The notes under the pieces are model-generated. The model had not been told where the DNA came from and made no database searches. It saw only the letters and a list, made by a program, of their open reading frames with translations. The position numbers were made by a program, and so were the translations under genes. A stretch of 62,876 nucleotides of DNA, the filler included, from Octopus bimaculoides (taxonomy: Eukaryota), in NCBI RefSeq assembly GCF_001194135.2. It is 6 parts of 5 records of this genome, joined end to end, with 100 filler letters (N's around TTAATTAATTAA, not from the genome) between each part and the next. Parts side by side here need not be neighbours in the genome. Positions count along the whole stretch, not along the records: positions 37,899 to 57,159 come from NC_068982.1; positions 57,260 to 60,656 come from NC_069003.1; positions 60,757 to 62,876 come from NW_026337951.1; 3 more parts are not named here. One strand, written 5' to 3'. This document shows, one piece after another, positions 51,803 to 62,876 of this stretch (its first letter is position 1; every line of letters starts with the position of its first letter).

Positions 51803-51963
51803 ACTGTATTTGTCAGCGATGTCTTTACTGAGAAAACCAGCCAAAGGTCGGTCACTATTGGATGCGATACTGTCATTGCTGCTACTGTTGTGTGGACACG
51901 TTGGCAAAGGAGTCATTGGTGCCAAATTTTTATCTACAGCATTTGTATAGGTTAGCTGTAAGT
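51803..51963 (-). CDS. BEN-domain protein, low-complexity linker exon
   Basis: Pyrimidine tract + TAG acceptor (51965-51964), GTAAGT donor; (D)LQLTYTNAVDKNLAPMTPLP...SKDIADKYS; the phase-0 end matches the next exon. Confidence 0.75.
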
Positions 51964-52749
51964 CTAGAATTAAAAAAAGGAAAAAGACAAAAAAGTCACC
52001 ATGAATCTTGAGAAATTTTTTAAAGCAAGAAAAAGAAATTTTAAAAGGATTCAAATGAACCTGCTCAATAAATTACACTGGAGATAAATGAATAAAAAAA
52101 AAATACAACTCAAAACCAATATATTAAACAGTTCAATCAGATTTATCTATAACTGTTCAACTATGAAAGGTTTAAAGATAGAGAGAATATCAAGAGAGAC
52201 TATATAACAGTTAAAGCATAAAATATGGTTTTAATTTTTGTATATAATTTTCTATAATATATTTTACATAAGATAATAAATTATATATATATATTTTTTT
52301 AGCATAAGTAAAGAATTTCAGAAGTTTTCTACATTTAAGAACAACAACGACTGAGATTTGAATTAAATCAATATATAGCAACCTTGATTCCTCAGAAGTT
52401 ATTGGAAATTGCCATTAACCATGCAGAAGATTGGAGTTGGAAAACTAGTGAGGCAACATGCTATTTTAGCATGTGTGTGTATTTGTATATATTTTAATAA
52501 CAGGAAAGATGTTGTTGTTTTTGTTTAGTCCTGCTTCAACCCTGATCAAACAAACCTGTGATCAAAGGTATCCCAGCTTTCATCGTCTTGTTCTTGTGTA
52601 TGTCTACAACTGCATTATTTAGTATGTAGTTTCTTATTTGAAAACAGAAGTGTATGACTTGAGGGAAATTCAGCTGCCATTTATAGCATGAGAGAATAAC
52701 TGCATAGAGGCTCACTCAAAGGGTGACAGTACTGCAGATATGTCTATAT

Positions 52750-52945
52750 GTTGGTTTCAAATTTGGGCACAAGGCCAGCAATTTCGGGGAGGGAGTAAGT
52801 CGATTACATCGACCCCATTGCTCAACTGGTTCTTATTTTATTGACCTGAAAGGAAGAAAGGCAAAGTTGACTTTGGTGGAATTTTAATTCAGCATATGAA
52901 GACTGATGAAATGGTGCTAGGCATTTTGCCCACTGTGCTTATGGT
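52750..52945 (-). mobile_element. SINE family B
   Basis: Reverse match to 57680-57908. Confidence 0.8.
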
Positions 52946-53652
52946 TCTGCTAGTTTTCCACCTTAGATATGTCTGTATATTAGATATATTAACTGTATCA
53001 AATCAGATTGCCATCATGAAGCAGACTCTGTAAAGAACCAACAGGATGACCTTCTGGTTTCAGTAATTATGTGGGTAATCTTTAAGAACACATGATTAGA
53101 ATGTCATATGATTAGAACATGTGATTAGAATGTCATAGCAAAGCAGGTTCTTCAAGTCAAGCCAACTGGCAGGAAATGAAGGTGTAATCCAAGAACAAGA
53201 TGGTTGAATAATATCCGTAGTCTCAGTTGGTCATCCTTGGGAATCCAGCTGGAAAGTGTAATAACAGTTTCTTCTGATAGGACCCTATGGAAGAGGTGCC
53301 TGAGAGCTCTATTTCACCTCCATGACTTCCCTGAGGAATAGTGGCCAGAAAAAAATTGATGGATTTTTAAGAACTACACACAACTACGGAACAACTAGTT
53401 AATGTTTCAGAAAACTTTGTCCTTTGCTGAAGTTTGTAGGGAAGAGTTTTGGGAATTAGGTGGGGCCATTTGACAGCTGACATACTTCATTATGTAGCTT
53501 CACATTACTGTTAGATTTTTAGTGTCAGAATTTCCTTATTTCATCTGAATTATATGAATTATATATATATATACATAATATGTATATACACACACACACA
53601 CACATATATATATATAATTATATATACACACACACACATACATATATAATAA

Positions 53653-53691
<39 letters not shown>

Positions 53692-54886
53692 TACACTTGT
53701 GTTTTCACAGAAGCTAAAATCACTTTAGTTTCATCGACTCAGTTGTTTTAGCTATCCTCTGTGGACTGTGCAAAAAGGTATTCATCTGTCAAATATGATG
53801 CACTGGGAATCTGGTAATAGCATGGATGTGCATGTGTATGCATGTATGTGTGTGTCTGTGTGAACACATGTGCGTGTGTGTGTGTGCATGTGTGTGCTCT
53901 ATATTGTGTCAGCGTATTATGAAACTGAATGATGTTCTTTGGGTAGAGTGACATGTTTTATTTGGTGTTATTGTTAATCAATTGTTATGTGTGCATCGGC
54001 TGAAGAGACACTCCACTTATCCAGATATCTTATTGTATCTTTACAATCTACAACAAAGACAGGAAGTAGTTTGTGATGGCGAGTTTGAATTCCTGTTGGA
54101 TGGAATCCATTATTTTGGTGACATTGATGTCAATGCAAGGTTCTAGACATAAAGAGATTACAATAAGAGGAATCCAAAAAAAACAAAAAAACAAAACAAA
54201 AAAAAAAAACTCTATTTGATAGCTGATGTTTTCCAGATCATTAATATAGTATTTAAAAACAATCATAAACTGCTGTAGTTGTTAATAAAGTTAATACGAA
54301 TTCATGCGGAGAGGTCTGGCAGAAAACCAAAAAGAAAAAAAAAAAAAAAAAAAAAANNNNNNNNNNNNNNNNNNNNNNNNNNNNNNNNNNNNNNNNNNNN
54401 NNNNNNNNNNNNNNNNNNNNNNNNNNNNNNNNNNNNNNNNNNNNNNNNNNNNNNNNNNNNNNNNNNNNNNNNNNNNNNNNNNNNNNNNNNNNNNNNNNNN
54501 NNNNNNNNNNNNNNNNNNNNNNNNNNNNNNNNNNNNNNNNNNNNNNNNNNNNNNNNNNNNNNNNNNNNNNNNNNNNNNNNNNNNNNNNNNNNNNNNNNNN
54601 NNNNNNNNNNNNNNNNNNNNNNNNNNNNNNNNNNNNNNNNNNNNNNNNNNNNNNNNNNNNNNNNNNNNNNNNNNNNNNNNNNNNNNNNNNNNNNNNNNNN
54701 ATCCATCTACCTATCTATCTATCTATCTATTTATCAATCTATCTATCTATCTATCTATCTATCTCTCTATCTATCTATCTATCTTTGTCTATCTCTCTAT
54801 CTATCTATCTATCTATCTCTCTATCTATCTATCTATCTATCTTTGTCTATCTCTCTATCTATCTATCAGATTATCTGTCTGCCTGC

Positions 54887-54921
<35 letters not shown>

Positions 54922-55264
54922 CCTGATCCATCCATCCGTCCGTTTGTTTGTCTGTCTCTCTATCTCTGTCTCTCTCTGTCTCTCTCTCTCTCTCTCTCTC
55001 GTTTCTTTCTTATTTTAATATTTTTGTTAACTTTATCATGGAATCCAATAAAAGAACAAACTTCCACTGTAAAGTTGTCTGTTAAACAGATAGAGAGGTA
55101 AAGATTGTGTAGATGCCTATCTCGCACACACACACACGCACTCACACACACACACACACTCACACGCGCGGGTTTCTTCTTTCAATTCAGATAATACACA
55201 TAAAATTACAGACCCAATCTTTGTTATCTGTGCCTATCCATCCCTCTCTCTCTTTCAACCTTAA

Positions 55265-55299
<35 letters not shown>

Positions 55300-55675
55300 T
55301 ATAAAGAGAACAAAAAAAGAGAGAGAGAGAGTGAGAGAGAGAGAGAGAATCTATAGCTTCAAACTAAAAGACATGGCACGATCATTCTTAAAGAATTTGT
55401 TTTCAACTCTCATATCACAATATCAGATGGTCAATGTATTTACTTTAGCCTTAAGCAACTTAATTATCAATAAAAGAAAGGAAAAAAGAATAAAGGAAAA
55501 GAAGGAAAAGAAGGAAGAAAATAGTGATTATCGAATTAAGTATGAATGATAACCTTATGAAGTACAATGTTGTTTCTAATATCATATTCACAACCCCACT
55601 TTTCATAAAATGCATATACACATACACACACACATATATAAACATGTGTTGTGTCTATGGTCTCTGTGTATGAAT

Positions 55676-55716
<41 letters not shown>

Positions 55717-55729
55717 CATAATCTCTCTT

Positions 55730-55911
55730 TTTACTCTTTTACTTGTTTCAGTCATTTGACTGCAGCCATGCTGGAGCACCGCCTTTAGTCGAGAAAATCG
55801 ACCCCAAGACTTATTCTATCGGTGTCTTTTGCCGAACCGCTAAGTGAGTGGACGTAAACACACCAGCATCAGTTATCAAGCGATGTTGGGGGGGACAAAC
55901 ACAGACACACA

Positions 55912-55946
<35 letters not shown>

Positions 55947-56104
55947 GATGTGCTTCTTACAGTTTCTGTCTACCAAATCCATTCACAAGGCTTTGGTCGG
56001 CCCGAGGCTATAGTAGAAGACACTTGCCCAAGATGCCACGCAGTGGGACTGAACCTCGAACCATGTGGTTGGTAAGCAAGCTACTTACCACACAGCCATT
56101 CCTG
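55730..56104 (-). mobile_element. SINE family A, full length
   Basis: Reverse complement of 44219-44633. Confidence 0.92.
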
Positions 56105-56114
56105 AACGTGGATG

Positions 56115-56300
56115 TTTGTCATCATCATCATCATCATCGTAATCATTACCATTTAACATCCGTTTTCCTTGCAGGCATGGGTTGGAGGGATTGACAGGAG
56201 CTGGCAAGTCAGATGATTGTGCCAAGTTTGACTGTCTGCTTCCAAATGGTTTCTATGGCTGGATGCCCTTCCTAACACCAACCACTTTACAGACTGGTGT
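56115..56300 (-). mobile_element. RTE 3'-end fragment
   Basis: (CAT)n + gcatgggttgg..ggatgcccttcctaacaccaaccac. Confidence 0.75.
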
Positions 56301-56343
56301 GTAAATATAGAGATACGGACCAACAAACAGACAGGCAAATGGA

Positions 56344-56545
56344 TACTCTTTTACATGTTTCAGTCATTTGAATGCAGTCATACTGGAGCACCACCTTGGT
56401 CAAAGAAATCGATCCCAGGACTTATTCTTTGTAAGCCTAGTACTTATTCCATTGGTCTCTTTTGCTGAGCCACTAAGTTTTGGGGACATAAACACACCAA
56501 CATCATTTGTCAAGCGATGGTGGGGGGACAAACACAGACACAAAA
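56344..56545 (-). mobile_element. SINE family A, 3' half
   Basis: Reverse match to 51560-51723. Confidence 0.85.
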
Positions 56546-56895
56546 ACACACACACACACACACACTGTTCTTTAAGAAAGGATGCTTTGAATTTCACTTT
56601 TAGTATTGTTTTCACAGCTGGATGCCCTTCACAACATCTACCACTTCACTGTTACCATGACAAAATATACCCAATGTTGTGGCTCTAACACTAGAGCGGG
56701 AAGGGGTGAGAGATTAATAAATGACTGAAGATGATAAGAAGTGCTAGGGTGACAAGGAGGGGGTGAAGTTTTGTAGAAAGGGTCAAATAGGTTTAACAAA
56801 CCCCAAGATATGCTGGAAGTAGTTTATGGTAAATGGGAGAGCTCACTACTAGTCTTAGTCACATGGACAGCCAATGTATAGTGAAAGTCAAAAGG

Positions 56896-56937
<42 letters not shown>

Positions 56938-57082
56938 GTTTGAGCATTATAGACATGAGCAATAGAAGCATGCATGTCACTGGTATGATTGACAAAGAGA
57001 TGAATGATAAGGGGACTGTACAGAAAGTGGGGTCTATGATAAAAAGTTGAGTGATGGCTGCATCAGAAAGATCACTGGTAGG

Positions 57083-57159
<77 letters not shown>

Positions 57160-57442
57160 NNNNNNNNNNNNNNNNNNNNNNNNNNNNNNNNNNNNNNNNN
57201 NNNTTAATTAATTAANNNNNNNNNNNNNNNNNNNNNNNNNNNNNNNNNNNNNNNNNNNNCACACACACACACACACGCACACACACAAATACACACACGC
57301 ACAACAACAATAACAACAAGCTTATCTGTTATTTATGTAACGTCGGGTGGTGTAAGAATGTGAGAAGCGTTGTTGATAAGAAATCCGAGAAGTTTAAAGA
57401 TCAAAGAGAGAGAGAGAGAGAGAGACAAAGACAGAGAGACAA

Positions 57443-57483
<41 letters not shown>

Positions 57484-57679
57484 GAGAAAGAGAGAGAGAA
57501 AGAGAGATCTATGGGAACGATAATATATAACAATAAAAAAAATAGAAAGTGTTGTCTTAAAGTCACAGTGGATGGAGACAGTAAAACTGGTCGCGTACAA
57601 TACTTTCTCCGCCTGTTCAAACATCTCGGATTCACAGAAGGTGACTTGTGAGTATCTGGTTACAGCTATTATGAAAGAT

Positions 57680-58058
57680 AAGGCGGCGATCTGGCTGGAT
57701 TGTTATCTGGACGGGCGAAGTGCTGAAGCGGTGTTTCGTCTGTCGCTGCGTTCTGAGTTTAGGTTCAAATTCCGCTGAGGCCGATTTTGCCTTTCGTCCT
57801 TTCGGGGATCGATAAATTAAGTATCAGTCAAGTACTGGGGGTCGATGTGATTGATTGTCCCCCTCCCCACAAAAAACCCAGGCCTTGTGCCAATAGTAGA
57901 AAGGAGTATGAAAGATAAGGAACGCGATCTGGCTGAATCGTTAAAGCGTCGGGAAAAAATTTCTCGCAGGTATTTCTTATTTCTTCCGATTCGATACTCT
58001 TTGAGTTCAAATCCTGCCGTGACCAACTTTGTCTTTCGTTCAATTAGAAATCGATAAA
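57680..58058 (+). mobile_element. Two tandem SINE family B copies (57680-57908, 57917-58058)
   Basis: aaggcggcgatctggc..gttcaaattccgctgagg..gataaattaagtatcag, repeated. Confidence 0.85.
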
Positions 58059-58712
58059 ATAATGTCAAAGCATAAACACACAAATATTTATACATACCCA
58101 TACGAACATCATAGTCGCACGACCATATACATACATAAAGAAAAAAAAAATTTGCTCCTGACCAAATTGCATTCGTTGAGATGAGATGATAAATCGGATT
58201 GTTACTAGCATATACGGGCAAATGTATGTATATGGTCGTGCGACTATGGTACTCGTATAGGTATGTATAAATATTTGTGTGTATATGCTTTGATATGTTG
58301 TACTGAAGATAACATGGTGTGTTCATAACGCTAAGTTTGAAATCGTTTGATATACAACTGATCTAAAGGTCTTATTTATTTTTTTCATCTGCCTGATAAC
58401 AACCCGTGCTAATGGAGTAGTGATGTGGTTTTTAGAGCCATTTGGCCTCAATCCCTGGCGTGTAGGTGTGGTAAATCTGCACCCTTTAATATAATCCTCT
58501 ATAGAATTATAAATTTAGTATAAAATATTACCTACAAGGTTTTATTTCACGCTGGCCACTAGATAAAATCATTAAAGTGATTTTATCCTTAATTTTATAT
58601 AAAGGAATATATATATATATTATTTGAAGTGTATAATATTATATATCCATTACGGTCGATATTAGCAATCAGTTTTGCGCTAGAGGCTCAACGATTCATC
58701 CGATTATGTAAC

Positions 58713-58800
58713 GGCTACCTCTGAAGAGCGCAGGGTTACATAATCAGATTGTTACCTAACATTCCGTTGAACCCCAAGTGCGAAACCGATTGGTAAGATC
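58713..58800 (+). ncRNA. Type-I hammerhead ribozyme candidate (core intact, stem I weak)
   Basis: CTGAAGA 58721-58727; stem II gcgc/gtgc then gggtt/aaccc; GAAA 58782-58785; stem III CC-GATT-GG; GTA 58793-58795. Confidence 0.65.
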
Positions 58801-58885
58801 GGCATTAATGGATACATTTCGATTAATATACCCAAACTACTGACAGATATACGCATTTTTTCCTGACTTGTGAACTCTTAGACGG

Positions 58886-58929
<44 letters not shown>

Positions 58930-60253
58930 TACACGCACACACACGTTGTAGTTCTCTATATAAACTACCACGGTGATTTATAGCGTATCAGTGGTGACTC
59001 CCGTACTGCAGAGCGAATACTATATTGATTCGTTACCGCTGGGGGTCACTAGTAATGCCCATGGCAGACAAAGTGTTAATGAAAGGGAGCCCAGATGACA
59101 CAGAAGCTTTTGTAAGGCGCGAGCTGGAAATCCCTGTAGCCTCCCCNNNNNNNNNNNNNNNNNNNNNNNNNNNNNNNNNNNNNNNNNNNNNNNNNNNNNN
59201 NNNNNNNNNNNNNNNNNNNNNNNNNNNNNNNNNNNNNNNNNNNNNNNNNNNNNNNNNNNNNNNNNNNNNNNNNNNNNNNNNNNNNNNNNNNNNNNNNNNN
59301 NNNNNNNNNNNNNNNNNNNNNNNNNNNNNNNNNNNNNNNNNNNNNNNNNNNNNNNNNNNNNNNNNNNNNNNNNNNNNNNNNNNNNNNNNNNNNNNNNNNN
59401 NNNNNNNNNNNNNNNNNNNNNNNNNNNNNNNNNNNNNNNNNNNNNNNNNNNNNNNNNNNNNNNNNNNNNNNNNNNNNNNNNNNNNNNNNNNNNNNNNNNN
59501 NNNNNNNNNNNNNNNNNNNNNNNNNNNNNNNNNNNNNNNNNNNNNNNNNNNNNNNNCAAGTGTCTTCTATTATATAACCCCGGGACGACAATTCGGCCAA
59601 TGATTTGTGAGTGAATTTTGTAGATGGAAAATGTGTAGCAGCCTGTTAGATGTGTGTATGTTTGTATGTATGTATGTGTGTGTGTGTGTGCATGAAAGAC
59701 ACTCGTAACGTTCTATAACCCACATTTTAAAACGCTTTGATTATATTCTAATGAATTTTTTTTCAGAGATCCCCCTCCCCCCCCAAAAAACAACAAAAAC
59801 AAAAGCTTCTCTATGATGGCCATATTCAAAAATGCATAGATTTGGAAAGCATTACCATAGAAGGAAGAATAGAGGGTGTAGATCCAGAAGCGGGTAAAGA
59901 ACGCAATGGATGGATAGTATCAAGAATTTGTTGGACAAGAATGGTAAGGGAACCGAAGAACTTGCGCTTAATCAGGAAGACTTTAGTTGCAGTGTGACCA
60001 AAGCACTGCGGGAATACGGTACGTAATGGCGATGACATGATAGGTAATGAAATGATCCCATGAATGGGTCAATGCGTTTGAAATGTGGGTTTACAGGAGA
60101 ATGTTACGGGTCTCTTACAAGGACCACCGGACAAATCTTGAACGTTGTGAAAAATCAAAAAGCTCTTCTATGATGGCCACATTTGGAGAAGCAGAGGTCT
60201 AGGAAACATTATCATACATAAATATATACATGCTTAAACAGAGACATGCAGAC

Positions 60254-60300
<47 letters not shown>

Positions 60301-60756
60301 CTAAAGGTTCACTCAAGACCATCCCACTATTCACACGCTTCTCATATTTGAGTGTGTGTGTGTGTGTAAGTGAGTGTGTGTATGCGTGGTGCGTGTGTGT
60401 GTGTGTGAGTGATTGTGTGTGTGCGTGTGTGTAAGTGAGTGTGTGTGTGTGCATTTATATCTATATCTATCTAGCCATCACGCTACTTGTATGCACACAC
60501 ACACACACACACATAAATATATGTCTAAGTGTGTGGCGTGTCTATGTGTTTGAGCATGCTTATATATATGTGTGTGTGTGTGTGTCCATGTGTGTGGCGT
60601 GACTATCGGTTTGAGTATATAGAATTAACATTGTATATATATATATATATATATATNNNNNNNNNNNNNNNNNNNNNNNNNNNNNNNNNNNNNNNNNNNN
60701 TTAATTAATTAANNNNNNNNNNNNNNNNNNNNNNNNNNNNNNNNNNNNNNNNNNNN

Positions 60757-60955
60757 ATAATACAGGGTATCTAAGAGATACCGCCACACTGGAAATAGCA
60801 GTCAAAGCTTGACTCTAAACCACAATAAATATTCATATAGCACAAGAGCGAAGACGTCTTCACTCTTTGTGCTATTTGAACATTTATTGTGGTTTAGAGT
60901 CAAGATTTGACTGCTATTTCCAGTGTGGCGGTATCTCTTAGATACCCTGTATTAT
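60757..60955. repeat. ~200-bp loop-less palindrome with nested hairpins
   Basis: 99/100-nt arms centred on gaagac|gtcttc, about 5 differences. Confidence 0.93.
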
Positions 60956-62876
60956 AATGTTATATCCCCCTCTCGGTCTTCCTTCTATTACTACTACGTA
61001 TCTCTCTCTTTACCTCTCTTGTTCTTCTTTCTGTTATTACTATACTTCTCTCTTCCTCTCGTTGCTCACCTATTTTCTGCTTCCTCCCCTTGTTTCTCCC
61101 TCTACCACTCTCTCTCTTCCTTACCCCTCGTGGTCACATGTGTCCAGTTACTAATTCTTTTCTTCCTTGGCTATCGCCGAGCAAACACGCGAACTTACTT
61201 CGTCCCGCTTCCAGTTCGTTGCTTCACAGCGTTCATATACACATAATTTTTCACGTCTGGCCGTATAGCCTTTTCCGTTTGTTTCCCTGTCTTGTTTTCT
61301 TTTCCGTTTGTTTTCCTGTCTTNNNNNNNNNNNNNNNNNNNNNNNNNNNNNNNNNNNNNNNNNNNNNNNNNNNNNNNNNNNNNNNNNNNNNNNNNNNNNN
61401 NNNNNNNNNNNNNNNNNNNNNNNNNNNNNNNNNNNNNNNNNNNNNNNNNNNNNNNNNNNNNNNNNNNNNNNNNNNNNNNNNNNNNNNNNNNNNNNNNNNN
61501 NNNNNNNNNNNNNNNNNNNNNNNNNNNNNNNNNNNNNNNNNNNNNNNNNNNNNNNNNNNNNNNNNNNNNNNNNNNNNNNNNNNNNNNNNNNNNNNNNNNN
61601 NNNNNNNNNNNNNNNNNNNNNNNNNNNNNNNNNNNNNNNNNNNNNNNNNNNNNNNNNNNNNNNNNNNNNNNNNNNNNNNNNNNNNNNNNNNNNNNNNNNN
61701 NNNNNNNNNNNNNNNNNNNNNNNNNNNNNNNNNNNNNNNNNNNNNNNNNNNNNNNNNNNNNNNNNNNNNNNNNNNNNNNNNNNNNNNNNNNNNNNNNNNN
61801 NNNNNNNNNNNNNNNNNNNNNNNNNNNNNNNNNNNNNNNNNNNNNNNNNNNNNNNNNNNNNNNNNNNNNNNNNNNNNNNNNNNNNNNNNNNNNNNNNNNN
61901 NNNNNNNNNNNNNNNNNNNNNNNNNNNNNNNNNNNNNNNNNNNNNNNNNNNNNNNNNNNNNNNNNNNNNNNNNNNNNNNNNNNNNNNNNNNNNNNNNNNN
62001 NNNNNNNNNNNNNNNNNNNNNNNNNNNNNNNNNNNNNNNNNNNNNNNNNNNNNNNNNNNNNNNNNNNNNNNNNNNNNNNNNNNNNNTATATATATATATA
62101 TATATGTAATACATCGTGAAAATTTTTAATTTTAATTTTAATGTATTGACTTATATTTACCATACGTATTTGGAATCTGTCCTTCGATTTTACAGTAGGA
62201 TGAATTTATACTGAATTTATTTTGTTCATTGCGAGCTTAAGACTGTTAGTTGAAAGGACCAATGAAACAAAACCATTTTCAAAGGTGTATCGTTTAAACT
62301 AGTTTTTGGTTTTTGTTTAATTATATCGTCATTTCTGTTCCATTCTAACAAAACTGTCCGACGAACGGGAACGTGGAACTCTGAGTAACAGTTTTTGTGA
62401 TATTTCTGCTGCTTTAAAATTAAGCATATTTCTCTACCTCTGGATGTTGAGTACTCTTTTATACACCTTGTTTCACATTTATGTGCTTACTCCGGTATAT
62501 GTATATATATAAAGATATATGTGTACATGCATGCACGTATATATGTATGTAGGTACGTATATGAAGGCAAAAACACTGTTCGTAAAAGGATGAATAATTT
62601 TGATACATCGATACCCTCAATGTTTATGAAAATTAAGGAATATTAGATTGGAAATAGACACGCCATTAGTTGCATTCTTTATTTTCGTTTTGTTTTGTTT
62701 TTTAGATATGGTTCTTTCTTTACCTATTAATTCGTATGTGTGTGTGTGTGTCTGTATGAGTCAGCCTTTATGTACGTATAAGCGTATATTTATTTATATA
62801 TGTGTATGAACGTGTAAACATATTCATATAAATATGTATATATATATATATATATACATACATACATATATATATA

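Noticed and set aside
59025-59146. GC-richer ORF start MIRYRWGSLVMPMADK...
   Set aside because: Runs into a gap after about 40 codons; nothing recognisable.

Overview
Eukaryotic, AT-rich, gap- and microsatellite-laden genomic DNA. The SINE/LINE repertoire looks like an octopus/cephalopod genome (inference from repeat style only). Two convergent spliced host genes can be rebuilt with consistent GT-AG phases. (1) A + strand SLC16/monocarboxylate-transporter-like MFS gene with three intact internal exons (22902-23045, 24434-24923, 29752-30035); its first and last exons were not securely found. (2) A - strand BEN-domain gene, exons 51963-51803, 48079-47854 and 43798-43668 (stop). The rest is mostly mobile DNA: a near full-length decayed CR1/L2-like LINE, RTE-like LINEs (one with an inverted 5' part), three tRNA-derived SINE families, mariner and maT remnants, Helentron-like elements and a Penelope-like (PLE) RT fragment. 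The most striking unannotated signal is a set of type-I hammerhead ribozyme motifs. One looks fully intact (16651-16731), one has an intact core (58713-58800), and several are decayed. Three of the decayed ones sit in long inverted duplications typical of PLE pseudo-LTRs. There are also two loop-less palindromes, one with nested hairpins. No bacterial-type systems, CRISPR arrays, rRNA or true tRNA genes are supported. All alignments and folds were done by eye; element boundaries are approximate.
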